Positions 23,513-36,957 of a stretch of DNA of 64,000 nt are shown here, piece by piece. The notes under the pieces are model-generated. The model was not told the DNA's origin. It ran no database searches and saw nothing but the letters and a program-made list of their open reading frames with translations. The stretch spans positions 6,324,001 through 6,388,000 of the forward strand of contig NC_043025.1 of NCBI RefSeq assembly GCF_006345805.1, read 5' to 3'. Every line of letters starts with the position of its first letter. Position 1 is the first letter of the stretch. Made by a program: the position numbers and the translations under genes. Origin of the DNA: Octopus sinensis (taxonomy: Eukaryota).

Positions 23513-24560
23513 GTATGTGTGTGTATATGTTTGTGTGTCTGTGTTTGTCCCCCTAGCATTGCTTGACAACCGATGCTGGTGTGTTTACGTCCCTGTAACT
23601 TAGTAGTTCGGCAAAAAGAAACCGATAGAATAGGTACTAGGTTTACAAAGAATAAGTCCTGAGGTCGATTTGTTCAACTAAAAAGGCGATGCTCCAGCAT
23701 GGCCGCAGTAAAATGACTAAAACAAGTAAAAGAATAAATATATAGAATATGAGAGTTTATTTCACTGGTGATCGAAACGAATAGGCACACCGAGTAAGTG
23801 CTATGATTGGTTCCAAATTCACAGCCCAGGCTGGAGCTAGGGAACCGTTTTAGGGTCCCATGTTAAGTATATATCCTCCAATATATATATATATATATAT
23901 ATTCTTTTACTTTACTCAGTCATTTAACTGCAGCCATGCTGGAGCACCCCAGGCCTTCTCTTTTTTTTAATGCCTAGTACTTATTCTATCAGGCTCTATT
24001 GCTGAACTGCTAAGTTACAGAGACGTAAACACACCAACACCGGTTGTCAAGTGGTAACGGGGAGAGGGAACAAATACACAGAGATACATACATATGTATA
24101 TATACAGTGGGCTTCTTTTAGTTGCCATCTAGCAAATCCACTCCCAAGGCTTTGGTCAGCCCGAGGCTATAGTAGAAGACACTTGCCCAAGGTGCCACGC
24201 AGTGGGACTGAACCTGGAACCATGAGTTTGGGAACCAAGCTTCTTACCACACAGCCATGCCTGTGCTTAGATATATATAAGCCCAGGCTTGCACACACAT
24301 GGCTATGTAGTAAGAAGCTTGCTTCCCAACCAAATGGTTTCAGGTTCAGTCCTGCTGTGTGGCTTTGGGAAAGTGTCTTCTACTACGGTCCTGGGCTGAC
24401 CAGAGTCTTGTGAGTGGATTTGGTAAATGGAAACTGAAAGAAGCCCATCTTGTGTGTGTTTTTGTCCCCACCACTGCTTGATAGCTTGTCCAGCAACAAA
24501 ACACCGATGGCAATGAACACCAGGCTTAAAACATAAGTTCTGGGGTCAATATGTTCTACT
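22633..24560. mobile_element. Cluster of SINE family B copies: full-length 22633-23040 (+) plus partial copies on both strands
   Basis: The head is ggcgcaggagtggctgtgtggtaag...ggttccgggttcagtcccactgcgtggc (Pol III A/B-box-like), followed by an internal microsatellite and the tail gactgaaacaagtaaaagagt. Confidence 0.8.
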
Positions 24561-24561
24561 A

Positions 24562-25177
24562 AGGCGGCAAGCTGGCAGAAACATTAGCAGGCCGGGCGAA
24601 ATGCTTAGCGGTATTTCGTCTGCCGCTTCGTTCTGAGTTCAAATTCCGCTGAGGTTGACTTTGCCTTTCATCCTTTCAGGGTCGATTAAATAAGTACCAG
24701 TTACGTACTGGGGTCAATATAATCGACTTAATCCGTTTGTCTGTCCTTGTTTGTCCTCTCTGTGTTCAAATTCCGGTGAGGTTGACTTTGCCTTTCATCC
24801 TTTCAGGGTCGATTAAATAAGTACCAGTTACGTACTGGGGTCAATATAATCGACTTAATCCATTTGTCTGTCCTTGTTTGTCCTCTCTGTGTTCAAATTC
24901 CGCTGAGGTTGACTTTGCCTTTCATCCTTTCAGGGTCGATTAAATAAGTACCAGTTACGTACTGGGGTCAATATAATCGACTTAATCCATTTGTCTGTCC
25001 TTGTTTGTCCTCTCTGTGTTCAAATTCCGCTGAGGTTGACTTTGCCTTTCATCCTTTCAGGGTCGATTAAATAAGTACCAGTTGCATACTGGGGTCGATG
25101 TAATCGACTTAATCCCTTTGTTTGTCCTTGTTTGTCCCCTCTATGTTTAGCCCCTTGTGGGCAGTAAAAGAAATAAA
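24562..25177 (+). mobile_element. SINE family A copy with a 127-bp internal segment repeated four times
   Basis: ttcaaattcc recurs at 24638, 24765, 24892 and 25019. The head starts at ~24562 and the normal tail is at 25140-25177. Confidence 0.88.
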
Positions 25178-25817
25178 TATGTTCGACTAAACTTTCAAGG
25201 CAGTGCCCCAGGATGGCCACAGCCTATACACTGAAGAAACTAAAAGATAAACGATATATAAAACAAGTAAAAAACAAACTTTATTGTGGAACAAAATGAT
25301 GGCAGCTTCACTGATAAGAACGCAGCCAAGTTGTATGTTGGTTTACCACATGGTGTATGCACCTACATGTATACATGTGTGTTTGGAAGAAAGAGAAATG
25401 TACAGAAATATATACATATGTGAGTGTGTGTGGTGTGTGTGTGTGTGTGTGTGTGTGTTTATATATTGCACAAATATGTGTGTGTGTGGAAGAAAGTCGG
25501 AGAAATATATGTAACAAATACATGTTGTCCAACCCATACTAGCATGGTCAACAGACGTTAAATGATGATGTATGTTTCTCTGTGTGTGTGTATGTACATA
25601 TATACATGTCTATGTGTATGTATATATATATATATATATATATACATACACACATATGAATACAGATTGATAAATATATTACATGACATATATAGATATG
25701 TGTATATATATATTTCAATACACACATTGAATACAATACACACATATATATACACAGATGTGTGTATATGTCTATACACACACACATGCACATATATACA
25801 TGTTTATGTGTATGTAG

Positions 25818-25861
<44 letters not shown>

Positions 25862-26619
25862 TATGAATACAGATTGATGAATATATTACATGACATATAT
25901 AGATGTGTGTATATATATATATTTCAATACACACATGTATCTATCTATATATATATATAAACACTCACACGTACAACTATAGTATGCCATCAATCTTAAC
26001 TTACACATACCACATAACCAGAATCACCGTCATCCATCACCGAGGCGACAAGCAGCATCATCATCACCACCACCATCGTCATCATCATCACCGCCACCAT
26101 CATCATCATCATTACCACCATCATCATCATTGCTACCATCTTTGACCTCAAAAGAATTCGAACCCAGAATGCAAACCAATGTATCTAAATAACACGCTAT
26201 ATTTTAATCCAATACACCACAGGCTGATACTACCCACCACAATCCACCCTCAAAATATCCTGTGGGACTTGTTTTCGCAGTCACTGAATATGCTAGAAAT
26301 AGCAGCCAAATCTATTCTGAAAATCATGCTTTTACTGCTTTGTATGAAGGTCATATTCTCAAGTGCAATGTAGAATGTCCATGTAATTGAAAATCCAGAA
26401 GACCTGATCAATGAAATTATTTCAAGAGGAGTTTAGAGTACCATAAAGTCAGAGGGTATAAGAGGTGAATGCTGAATGGATGGCTTCAACGACTACCTCT
26501 GAGGAACACAGAGTTACATAATCGAACTGTTACCTAACACTCCATCAAACCATTGAGTGTGAAACCAATCAGCTGTGATGGATATATATGATATGTATGT
26601 GTGTGTATGTATGTATATA

Positions 26620-27603
26620 TATCTTTACTCTCTTTTACTCTTTTACTTGTTTCAGTCATTTCACCACTAAGTAACGGGGACATAAACACACCAGCATCGG
26701 TTGTCAAGCAATGCTAGGGGGACAAACACAGACACACAAACACACACACGCATATATACATATATATGACAGGCTTCTTTCAGTTTCCGTCAACCAAATT
26801 CACTCACAAGGCATTGGTCGGCCCGGGGCTATAGCAGAAGACACTTGCCCAAGATGCCACGCAGTGGGACTGAACCCGGAACCATGTGGTTGGTTAGCAA
26901 GCTACTTACCACACGGCCACATAATCTTTTACTTGTTTCAGTCACTTGACTGTGGCCATGCTAGAGCACCAACTTTAGGACTTATTCTTTGTAAGCTTAC
27001 TACTTATTCTATTGGTCTCTTTTGCTGAACTGCTAAGTTTCGGGAATGTAAAGACACCAACATCAGTTGTCAAGCGATGCTGGGGAGACAAAGACACATA
27101 CACACACACACACACACACTTATAAATATATACACACACACACATATAAATATATATACATCTTTAGAATTATCATATCATAGGCGCAGGAGTGGCTGTG
27201 TGGTAAGTAGCTTGCTAACCAGCCACATGGTTCCGGGTTCAGTCCCACTGCGTGGCATCTTGGGCAAGTGTCTTCTGCTATAACCCCGGGCCGACCAATG
27301 CCTTGCGAGTGGATTTGGTAGACGGAAACTGAAAGAAGCCAGCGTATATATATATGTATAGATATATATATATATATAAGTGTGTGTGTTATTGTTTGTG
27401 TGTCTGTGTTTGTCCCCCTAGCATTGCTTGACAACCGATGCTGGTGTGTTTACGTCCCTGTCACTTAGCGGTTCGGCAAAAAGAGCCGATCGATTGAGAA
27501 TAAGTACTGGGCTTACAAAGAATAAGTCCCGGGGTTGATTTGCTCGACTAAAGGTGGTGCTCCAGCATGGCCGCAGTCAAATGACTGAAACAAGTAAAAG
27601 AGT
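26620..27603. mobile_element. SINE family B copies: two on the minus strand (26620-27110) and a full-length one on + (27182-27603)
   Basis: They follow the same consensus as 22633. The opposite orientations lie within ~300 bp of each other. Confidence 0.8.
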
Positions 27604-27784
27604 ACACACACACACACACACACACACACGACTATTTCATATAACACACTATTGGAAAAACCTAAGATAAGTCTAAGAATTTTGCTGCTGTGTTTTTTGT
27701 TTTTTTTTCCCAACCTTTTGCTGTGGAACTTTAAACAGATGTAAATATATCTTGTTTTTCTCTTTGTACACACAGACAACGTTA

Positions 27785-28205
27785 ACTACTGACACCTTTT
27801 ATATGGCTCAGAAACCTGGACGTTATCAAAGAAGCTTGAGAGGCAGTTGGATGGAACCTACACTTGCCTCCTTATGAGAGCTCACAATCTCTCGTGGAAG
27901 CATCATCCAACCAAAATGCAAATATATGGGAAACTACCACCTGTGTCATCTCTTGTGAAAGGTAGGAGAGTCCAGTTTGCTGGACATTGTTGTAGAGCTG
28001 AAAAATAGGTAATTTCTACTCTTCTCCTCTGGAAGCCATCTACTCGCAATACCAGAGGGCGCACACTCTCCTACCCTGATGTAATCTCCAGGGATACAGG
28101 CATCCAGCAACAGGACCTCCGTAATGCCATGAAGGACCGTGAAGTCTGGCGTAGCTTGGTAAATTCCATTGTCTCGACCACAGTCGAACAATGATGATGA
28201 TGATT
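27785..28205 (+). mobile_element. 3' fragment of an RTE/RTEX-clade non-LTR retrotransposon
   Basis: It translates to L-Y-G-S-E-T-W-T-L-S-K-K-L-E-R-Q-L-D-G-T-Y...R-R-V-Q-F-A-G-H-C...A-M-K-D-R-E-V-W-R, with one in-frame stop, and ends in a (gat)n tail. Confidence 0.75.
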
Positions 28206-28888
28206 GAGTGTAATGTGTGTGCATGTATATTTATGTACATATGTGTCTGTGTATTTAAATGTGTGTGTATGTGTCAGTGTACGTAGATGTGTGTATATGT
28301 ATATACATATGCATGTGTCAGTGTACACAGATGTGTGTGTGTATATGTATATACATGCATATGTGTCAGTGTACACAGATGTGTGTATATGTATATATAT
28401 GTGAAAGTGTGAGTGTACATAGACGTGTGTATATGTATATACATGTGTGTGTGTCAGTGTACATAGATGTGTGTGTGTGTGTATATGTATATGTGTGTGT
28501 GTCAGTGTACATAGATGTGTTTGTGTGTGTGTAGTCATGCATGTGTATTTATGTGTGTGTATATGTATATACACATGTATGTGACAGTGTACACAGATGT
28601 GTGCGTGTGAGTGTGCATATATTGTGTACAAATGTTTGTATGCAAGCTTGTATGCATATATGTACATATGTAGATACGTACGTATATGTGTGTGTATGTA
28701 TGTACATATGTTTCAGTGAGTGTATGCTTGAGTTTATGCATACATATTAACCTAGGTACATATGTGTTGGCCTATGTCTACACACACACATATATGTGAA
28801 TGCATGCCTCTTCATACACACACACACATATAAAAAAAATAACGGAGATCGTCCTGACATGTTCTATATACATGTGTGTGTGAGTATG

Positions 28889-28988
28889 NNNNNNNNNNNN
28901 NNNNNNNNNNNNNNNNNNNNNNNNNNNNNNNNNNNNNNNNNNNNNNNNNNNNNNNNNNNNNNNNNNNNNNNNNNNNNNNNNNNNNNNN
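28889..28988. other. Assembly gap (exactly 100 N, placeholder size)
   Basis: It is a run of 100 N. Confidence 1.
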
Positions 28989-29151
28989 CTCTACCCCCAT
29001 ACTTCCTTGAGTTGAATTGAGCAAGCACTATATGAGAGAGGTTTTCTTTAAGTGTTAGAAATAGTTTTATAAAAAGTTTTTTTAGCTGCTTTTCTAACGA
29101 GTTCAGTATGTGGCAAAGTAATTTATTTTACTAAGCCCTTTTATATAATAT

Positions 29152-29204
<53 letters not shown>

Positions 29205-29412
29205 GTATAAATTATATGTGTGCGTGTGTAAGCTTTTTTCTCAACCATATAGTTCTGGGTTCAATCCCACTGCATGGCACCTCAGAGAGGTTCTCTTCTA
29301 TTATAGACTCAGTCAGACCAAAGCCTTGTGAGTGTATTTGGCAGACAGAAACCATCGTATATACACACACATATATATACATATATACAAATATACAAAT
29401 ATACAAATATAT

Positions 29413-29800
29413 AGGTGAAGGAGTGGCTGTGTGGTAAGTAGCTTGCTAACCAACCACATGGTTCCGGGTTCAGACCCATTGCATGGCACCTTGGGCAAGT
29501 GTCTTCTGCTATAGCCCCGGGCCGACCAATGCCTTGTGAATGGATTTGGTAGACGGAAACTGAAAGAAGCCTGTCGTATATATGTTATATATAAGATGTG
29601 TGTGGTGGTGTCTGTGTTTGTCCCACTAGCATTGCTTGACAACGATGCTGGTGTGTGTACGTCCCCATCACTTAGCGGTTCGGCAAAAGAGACCAATAAA
29701 ATAAGTACTGGGCTTAAAAAGAATAAGTCCCGGGGTCGATTTGCTCGACTAAAGGCGGTGCTCCAGCATGGCCGCAGTCAAATGACTGAAACAAGTAAAA
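29413..29800 (+). mobile_element. SINE family B full-length copy (a partial copy lies just upstream at ~29230-29370)
   Basis: It matches the 22633 consensus end to end. Confidence 0.8.
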
Positions 29801-29849
29801 TAATAAAAAATACTAGATTGAGGAAAATGTTTGTGTGCCTTGTTCAAAT

Positions 29850-30175
29850 AACGATTTTTTATGTAAGAATTTATTCAAAAACGAGAAAACTATTCTTCAA
29901 AATAAAGACCATCATTTTCCATGACCTTCTGCCAACGATCTGTAAGCTTTCGGATTTGTTCAAAGTACCAATCCTTCAGCTTTGAATCGGAAAATTCTTG
30001 ACAAGCTTCTTCAACTTCATCGAATCACTCAAATCAGCTTTCATAAAGAGCTGCATCGAATCGGACAAGACCGTAGTCAGATGGAGCAATGTGTGGACTA
30101 AAGGCTGGATGTGACATAACTTCCACACCATCCAGTTTATCAACCTCGATGCTGGTCTTTCTGGTGGTGTACATC
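29850..30175 (-). pseudogene. mariner transposase C-terminal remnant, interrupted by SINE A at ~30180-30410
   Basis: It encodes KLDGVEVMSHPAFSPHIAPSDYG, resembling the mariner (H)PPYSPDLAPSDY motif. Confidence 0.65.
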
Positions 30176-31084
30176 TTTGCGTAAGGCGGCAAGTTGGCAG
30201 ACAAAGGCAGAAAAAGGCAGCAAGCTGGCAGAAACATTAGCACGCCGGGCGAAATGCTCAGCGGTATTTCGTCCGTCTCCACGTTCTGAGTTTAAATTCC
30301 GCCGAGGTCGACTTTGCCTTTCATCCTTTCAGGGTCGATAAATTAAATACCAGTTAAGCACTGGGGTCGATGTAATCGTCTTAATCCGTTCGTCTGTCCT
30401 TTAGTTGAGCAAATCGACCCCAGGACTTATTTTTTTGTAAGTAGTACTTATTCTATCGTTCTCTTTTGCCAAACCGCTAAGTTACGGGGGACCGGCTTCT
30501 GTACCGGTGGCACGTAAAAAGCACCCACTGCACTCTCGGAGTGGTTGATGTTAGGAAGGGCATCCAGCTGTAGAAACTCTGCCAGATCAAGACTGGAGCC
30601 TGGTGCAGCCATCTGGTTCGACAGTCCTCAGTGAAATCGTCCAACCCATGCTAGCATGGAAATCAGATGTCAAATGATGATGATGATGATGATGTATATA
30701 TATATATATATATACATGATACCCCTTTATCAATTAGCAGTACCCTTATATTTCACTACCCCCATATCTCAACATGGTACCCTGATATTTAGAGGTACCC
30801 ATACATCAATAAATGACATCAGACACATGAGTACCTATGCATTGCTAAAGGGCCCTCATTATAAAATTGGTACTCGTACATCAGAGCCCAATACTCAACC
30901 TGCAAGAAATAGCAGTGAAACGTCTCTCAAATCCCACCCTTGTATCTTGCAGTGAGAAGAAAAGGTGTACTGTGGGTGGTGTGTTTGGAAGTCTTAAAGA
31001 TAGATGAGGTGGTCATGGATGGAGCGATTTTGACTGTAGGTTTGTTGGATTGGAGACTGCTCTAAACAAACAACAATGAGGACA

Positions 31085-31665
31085 TCAACAACAGCAACAA
31101 CAAAAAATAACAACCATAAACAACAATAACGAAAACAACAAAAAATAACAAAAATAACAAAAAAATAACAAAAACAAGAATAAGAACAAAACAACAACAA
31201 TAACAACAAAAAGTAACAAAAACGACAAAAAATAACAAAAACAACCACAAACAACAAAAAGTAACAACAAATGCAAAAAAAGAATAAAACAACCATAAAC
31301 AACAAAAACGAAAACAACAAAAAATAGCAAAAATAAACAAAAACAACAAAAAACATTAAAAAATAACAAAAATAACGAAAACAACAAAAATAAAAACAAT
31401 AAAAAATAACAAAAATAAACAAAAACAACAAAAAACAACAATAAAAAATAGCAAAAATAGACAAAAACAACAAAAAACAACAATAAAAAATAACAAAAAT
31501 AAACAAAAACAACAAAAATAAAAACAAGCATAAACAACAAAAAGTAACAACAAAAATAAAAGAAAGAACAAAACAAACAACCATAAACAGCAGCAAAAAA
31601 CAACAACAAAAATAAGAAAGACAACAACAACAACAAAAACACCACCACCATCACCAACAACAATA
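31085..31665. repeat. A/C-rich (aac/aaaat) degenerate minisatellite
   Basis: It consists of repeated acaaaaataaacaaaaacaacaaaaa-type units. Confidence 0.85.
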
Positions 31666-31884
31666 ACAAGAGTTTGTGTCCACAACTCATCAGCTTACAG
31701 GGAATCCTCTAATTTACACTGAGGTACCCGACACCCTCAATAATATTGGCAAGGTACCAAGCAACAACCCTGTGCCTATTCTGCTCGTTTTACACCAAAA
31801 TACAATCACCATGGTAACATTTGGTTTGTTTGTATCGTATGTACTTTAGTGAGGTAGAGGGAGAGGGTGGGATAAACTGGGTGG

Positions 31885-31937
31885 CTGGATGGATGGATGG
31901 ATGGATGGATTGATAGATAGATAGAGAGATAGAATGG

Positions 31938-31981
<44 letters not shown>

Positions 31982-32131
31982 GAGATAGAGAGATAGAGAG
32001 ATAGATAGAGACAGTGAGCAAGAGAGATAGATAGATAGATAGATAGATAGAATGATAGATAGATAGATAGAGAGAGAGATAGATAGACGGATAGACAGAC
32101 AGATAGATATGTAGATAGTAAATATATATCT

Positions 32132-32212
<81 letters not shown>

Positions 32213-32252
32213 GTAGATAGATAGAGAGGTAGATAGATAGATAGAATGATAG

Positions 32253-32283
<31 letters not shown>

Positions 32284-32390
32284 GATAGATGGAAAGATAG
32301 ATAGATAAATAGAGACAGAGAAAGAGACAGATAGACAAACAGACAGACAGACAGAAAGAAAGACGGATGGATGGATAGACAGATACATAT
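31885..32390. repeat. (GGAT)n/(GATA)n/(GACA)n compound microsatellite
   Basis: The repeats are directly visible. Confidence 0.95.
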
Positions 32391-32466
32391 ATAAATGAAT
32401 GTATAAACACACACACACATATATGTATGTATGTATAAATATATGCACACACACACACACAGACTT

Positions 32467-32713
32467 CGTTGCTATAATGTTAAACTGTCGTATGTCCAAA
32501 TTTGTTCAAATGCATTGTTTGCAATATTTATTTTTGCTGGCAATAATTTTGGTCAAACTATCGTATCTCCAAATGCTTCAGATGCCAAGATATCAAAAAT
32601 TGTCAAATTGTAGTACAACAGTTTTGCCATGGAATGGTGAAACTATTTTTTTTTTTTTTACTTTCTGAAAAAGCAACGTTTTGGACTTACGACATTTTTA
32701 CATAATAGCTACG
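32467..32713. mobile_element. ~250-bp MITE with 34-bp terminal inverted repeats
   Basis: cgttgctataatgttaaactgtcgtatgtccaaa (32467-32500) matches the reverse complement of 32680-32713 at 29/34 positions. Confidence 0.7.
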
Positions 32714-32934
32714 AGATATATATATATATATATAATATAAGGGATATTAGCCAACTGAATTAGGCTAGGGACAGGGCAGGGTGGTGGGGGTGTCACTGTT
32801 GCATTTAGCCCCAGGCGAACATCAACGTCACCAGATAGGCCTGACGCCATCACGGCGTCCTCTATCTTGCAAAGGGAGATCACTCACCAAGAAGCGGATA
32901 CCACACACGGACCTAGGTTTCAAGGTGTATTGCC

Positions 32935-32965
<31 letters not shown>

Positions 32966-33134
32966 CGAGAAATAATATGTCTCTTTTTATACAACAAGCA
33001 TCAAATTTGAGTCAATGACTTTATATATAACGCCATACCTCAAACATTTAATCACTTATAAATATCACCATGGTTCTTATACTCATAATAAAATACATAT
33101 ACATAAAAACACAGAAAGTAAAGATATATCTCTC

Positions 33135-33874
33135 TCTATATAAAGCTGAAGTTGTCTGTGTGTGGCAGGTTTGGTAGCCTTCAACCAACACTATCTCCTC
33201 CGAGACCCTGCAGCAGAAATTGACCAAAATTGAGAGTATGATAGAAGAAGGTTTGCTCTTCCTTCCGTAGTAGATAAAATTCAAATCGGACCATGTTAAC
33301 ACCAAAAATTATTGACATCACAAAGGTGCTTTTTTTTCTATGAAAATCCCTTTTTTTTTACGATTTTTTTACTGCTGTGTCACCATTTTTCGGTGTATTT
33401 CAACCAGAAAAATGTTCACTTAAAGAGAATAACAAGCTACATAATGCAAAATTTTTACTTTTCAAACATTCCAATTCTAAAGGGTCGAAACAAACCCGAG
33501 CAATGCCGGGCGATACTGCTGGTATATATATAAAGCTGAAGTTGCCTGTGTGTGGCAGGTTTGGTAGCCTTCAACTAACACTATCTCCTCCAAGACCCTG
33601 CGGCACAAGTTGACCAAAATTGAGAGTATGATAGGAGAAAGCTTACTCTTCATTCCGTAATAGATAAAATTCAAATCGGACCATGTTAACACCAAAAATT
33701 ATTTTCATCAAAAAGGTGCTTTTTTACTATGAAAATCCCTATTTTTTACGATTTTTTGACAGCTGTGTCGCCATTTTTCGGTGTATTTCAACCAATGCAA
33801 AATTTTTACTTTTCAAAAATTCCAATTCTAAAGGGTCGAAACAAACCCGAGCAACGCCGGGCGATTACTGCTAG
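33135..33874 (+). mobile_element. Two head-to-tail non-autonomous Helitron-like elements (33135-33522 and 33524-33874)
   Basis: Both start (tc)tatataaagctgaagttg and end with the hairpin cccgagcaa.gccggg about 8-9 nt before CTRG|T. Confidence 0.75.
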
Positions 33875-34566
33875 TCGTTTGGTAAAACTTTTTTAGTCGT
33901 TGGGCATTTACTTTGTCTTTGTAGTTTACGAATTTTTAGTCGTTTATATTAGGCCTCGAAACCAGTTTTATAAAACCGGTTTTATATTATGATCAGTAAA
34001 ACCGAAACCGATTTGCCAAAACCGATTTTAAGGCTTGCTGTTTCGGATCTTTTCAATAAAAGATGTTTTATGTAACACATTTTACCAGTATACGAAGTTT
34101 AAAGGTGTTTAGTTACAAATAACTATTTTTTAAATGTGTCGGTCAAAGTGAAAAGATCTGCTGTTTCTTTTTTTTTTTTTCGCAAAACATTTCTCCATTT
34201 TTCGGATCTTTTCTTTTTGAAAGCCAGATTTTCCTAGTTAACTAAACAATTTGAAACTTCGTATACTGGTAGAATGTGTCAAAAGAACATAATGTAAACC
34301 AAAATGAAAACGGAATTGTAATTTCTAAGTTAACGTTGTTTAATAATTCGAATTTTAACCAATGATATTCTTACTTTCGGCCTCATATTATTTACTGCCT
34401 CTCAAAATATTGTTACTGTGACGTAACAGCTATTTTGTGACGTAGTTAACGTAAACATGTAAATAGCTAACTAAAATGTAAACATCTCCGCTTATCATAA
34501 ACTTCGTGGAGTATATATAAAATTTGTGTAGATCCTAAATAGCTACACACACATGTATACAACATA

Positions 34567-34601
<35 letters not shown>

Positions 34602-34674
34602 ATACACACATATTCTAATGCATATGCATAATGTGTATATATTTATAATGTGTGTGTATATAATATGCATACAT

Positions 34675-34710
<36 letters not shown>

Positions 34711-35616
34711 ATATAAAAAGATGTTTACATACAATATATATATGTTATATACACTACATGTATATGTATGTATGAATATATAAGAACACAGAATTTGAAT
34801 CAAACTGTTTTGATCCATACATACACACACAACACACACACCAACACTACCATCCATGAGACATCCTAACATAATCAATGCTACTACTACTACTATCATC
34901 ATCATTATCATCATCATCCACTGCCGCCACCACCACCACTCTACAAAACACCAACACTATAATTGCTGCCATCATACACATCCACTGTCACCACTACCAC
35001 CACTGCCATGATAACCACATCTACCACAGCTGTTTGCTTACTGCTTACCCACTCACAAAATAGCTATCTACGTCACATAAACACTATGCAGCTAATAATT
35101 TCAAATGAAAACAGACAATATGATTGGCTAAGGATAGAATAAGTACTGGGCTTACAAAAAGAATAAGTCCCGGGGTCGAGTTGCTCGATTAAGGCGATGC
35201 TCCAGCATGGCGCGGTCAAGAGTAACATTAAAAGTAAAATATGTTTTATATGACATGTTAGGGTTAGGGTTAGTGTCCGAAGGTTGAAATGTTTAGTTAC
35301 AAAAAATATATTTCTCGATCTGCCGTTTAAAGGGTAAAGATCCCTATATTATTTATTTAAACCCTTTACAAACTAGAAGGGCTATGGTCAAGAGGAAAAT
35401 ACATCAATCAAATGTTGGGAAGGCCATCGGTTGAATACACAACATTGTTCCTCACAGAACAATAAGGCTCTATAGTTAGGGGGAAATTTACCCATTCAGT
35501 TTCAAAACTCAGGTGGAGCCAAAAGAGGTCTCTACACATACATACGTATACACACACACACATACATACATACATATATCCAGACAACTTCAGCTTTATA
35601 TATATATATATATGTA

Positions 35617-36956
35617 CTAGCAGAATTGCCCGGCGTTGCTCGGGGCTGAATTGCTTGAAAGTACTGTTAATGATTGCACTGAATTATGATGATTATTCAG
35701 GCAAATATTGATATAAGTTTACGGTGGGAGATAAGGACTTAACGATCAAACGTGTGCCATTGCATTGTTTTGTATGGATTGAATGGTTACCTCTATGGAA
35801 ATATATACACGCACATTATACATACACGTGTGTATAGATGAATATATAAATACATTTAAATATCTATATACACTTTTGGGCGATCTTTCTGTTTCTTAGA
35901 GATAACTTTAGATCTTATTTTCGTCCTAAAAACATTTGTATGGAGTGAATGGTTACCTCTATGGAAATATATACACACACGTTATACATACATGTGTGCA
36001 TAGATGAATATATAAATACATTTATATATCTATATACACTTTTGGGCGATCTTTCTGTTTCTTAGAGATAACTTTAGATCTTATTTTCGTCCTAAAAACA
36101 TTTGTATGGAGTGATGGTAACCTCTATGGAAATATATACACACACGTTATACATACATGTGTGCATAGATGAATATATAAATACATTTATATATCTATAT
36201 ACATTTGGGGCGATCTTTGTGCTACTTAGAGATAACTTTAGATCTTATTTTCGTCCTAAAAACCTTTGTGCGGAGTGAATGGTTATGTCTATAGAAATAT
36301 ATACACACACATTATACATACATCTGTGTATAGATGAATATATAAATACATTTAAATATCTATATACACTTTTGGGCGATCTTTCTGCTACTTGTATATA
36401 CTTATAAATACATTTAAATATCTATATACACTTTTGGGCGATCTTTCTGCTACTTGGATATAGGTCTTATATTCGTCCTAAAAAACTTTCCTGTCACACA
36501 CTCACGCACACGCACACACACACACATGCACCCTCAAACACACACAGACGCACACACACACACACACCACACTCACTCACACACACGCACGTCAGCTTAC
36601 AATTTTATATATATATTCGCGTGTCTATATGTGTAAATGGGAAGTGGGAGGCAGAGTGAAAGAGTCACTCACTACAGAAAGTGAATTACTTTCACTTTAT
36701 TCATTGCACACTGTGTGTATGCGTTTGCGTGTGCTGTATCCCACACTAAGAGAAGCATTTGACTCATACGCCACAATGTGAGTTTTCTCTAAATTTTGCT
36801 TAATTGGGGTTTAAATTTTAAACAGTGGACCTGGCAAAACCCGATGCATTCTACTCTTAAAAATGCTAAGTAAATTGTAATTGAAGAAATCCTATATTGT
36901 AAATTTCTATAAGATACAAAGGGAGGCAGATAAAATCTTCCTTTTATAAAAAGAGA
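35617..36956 (-). mobile_element. Non-autonomous Helitron-like element containing ~4.3 copies of a 165-bp tandem repeat
   Basis: The minus strand reads A|TC...hairpin (35629-35644)...CTAG|T. The internal repeat ttgt..gg starts at 35770, 35936, 36102 and 36266. Confidence 0.7.
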
Positions 36957-36957
36957 T

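Noticed and set aside
30994-32499. Hydrophobic F/L/C-rich and SIYL-repeat ORFs
   Set aside because: They are translations of the AAC-rich and GATA microsatellites.
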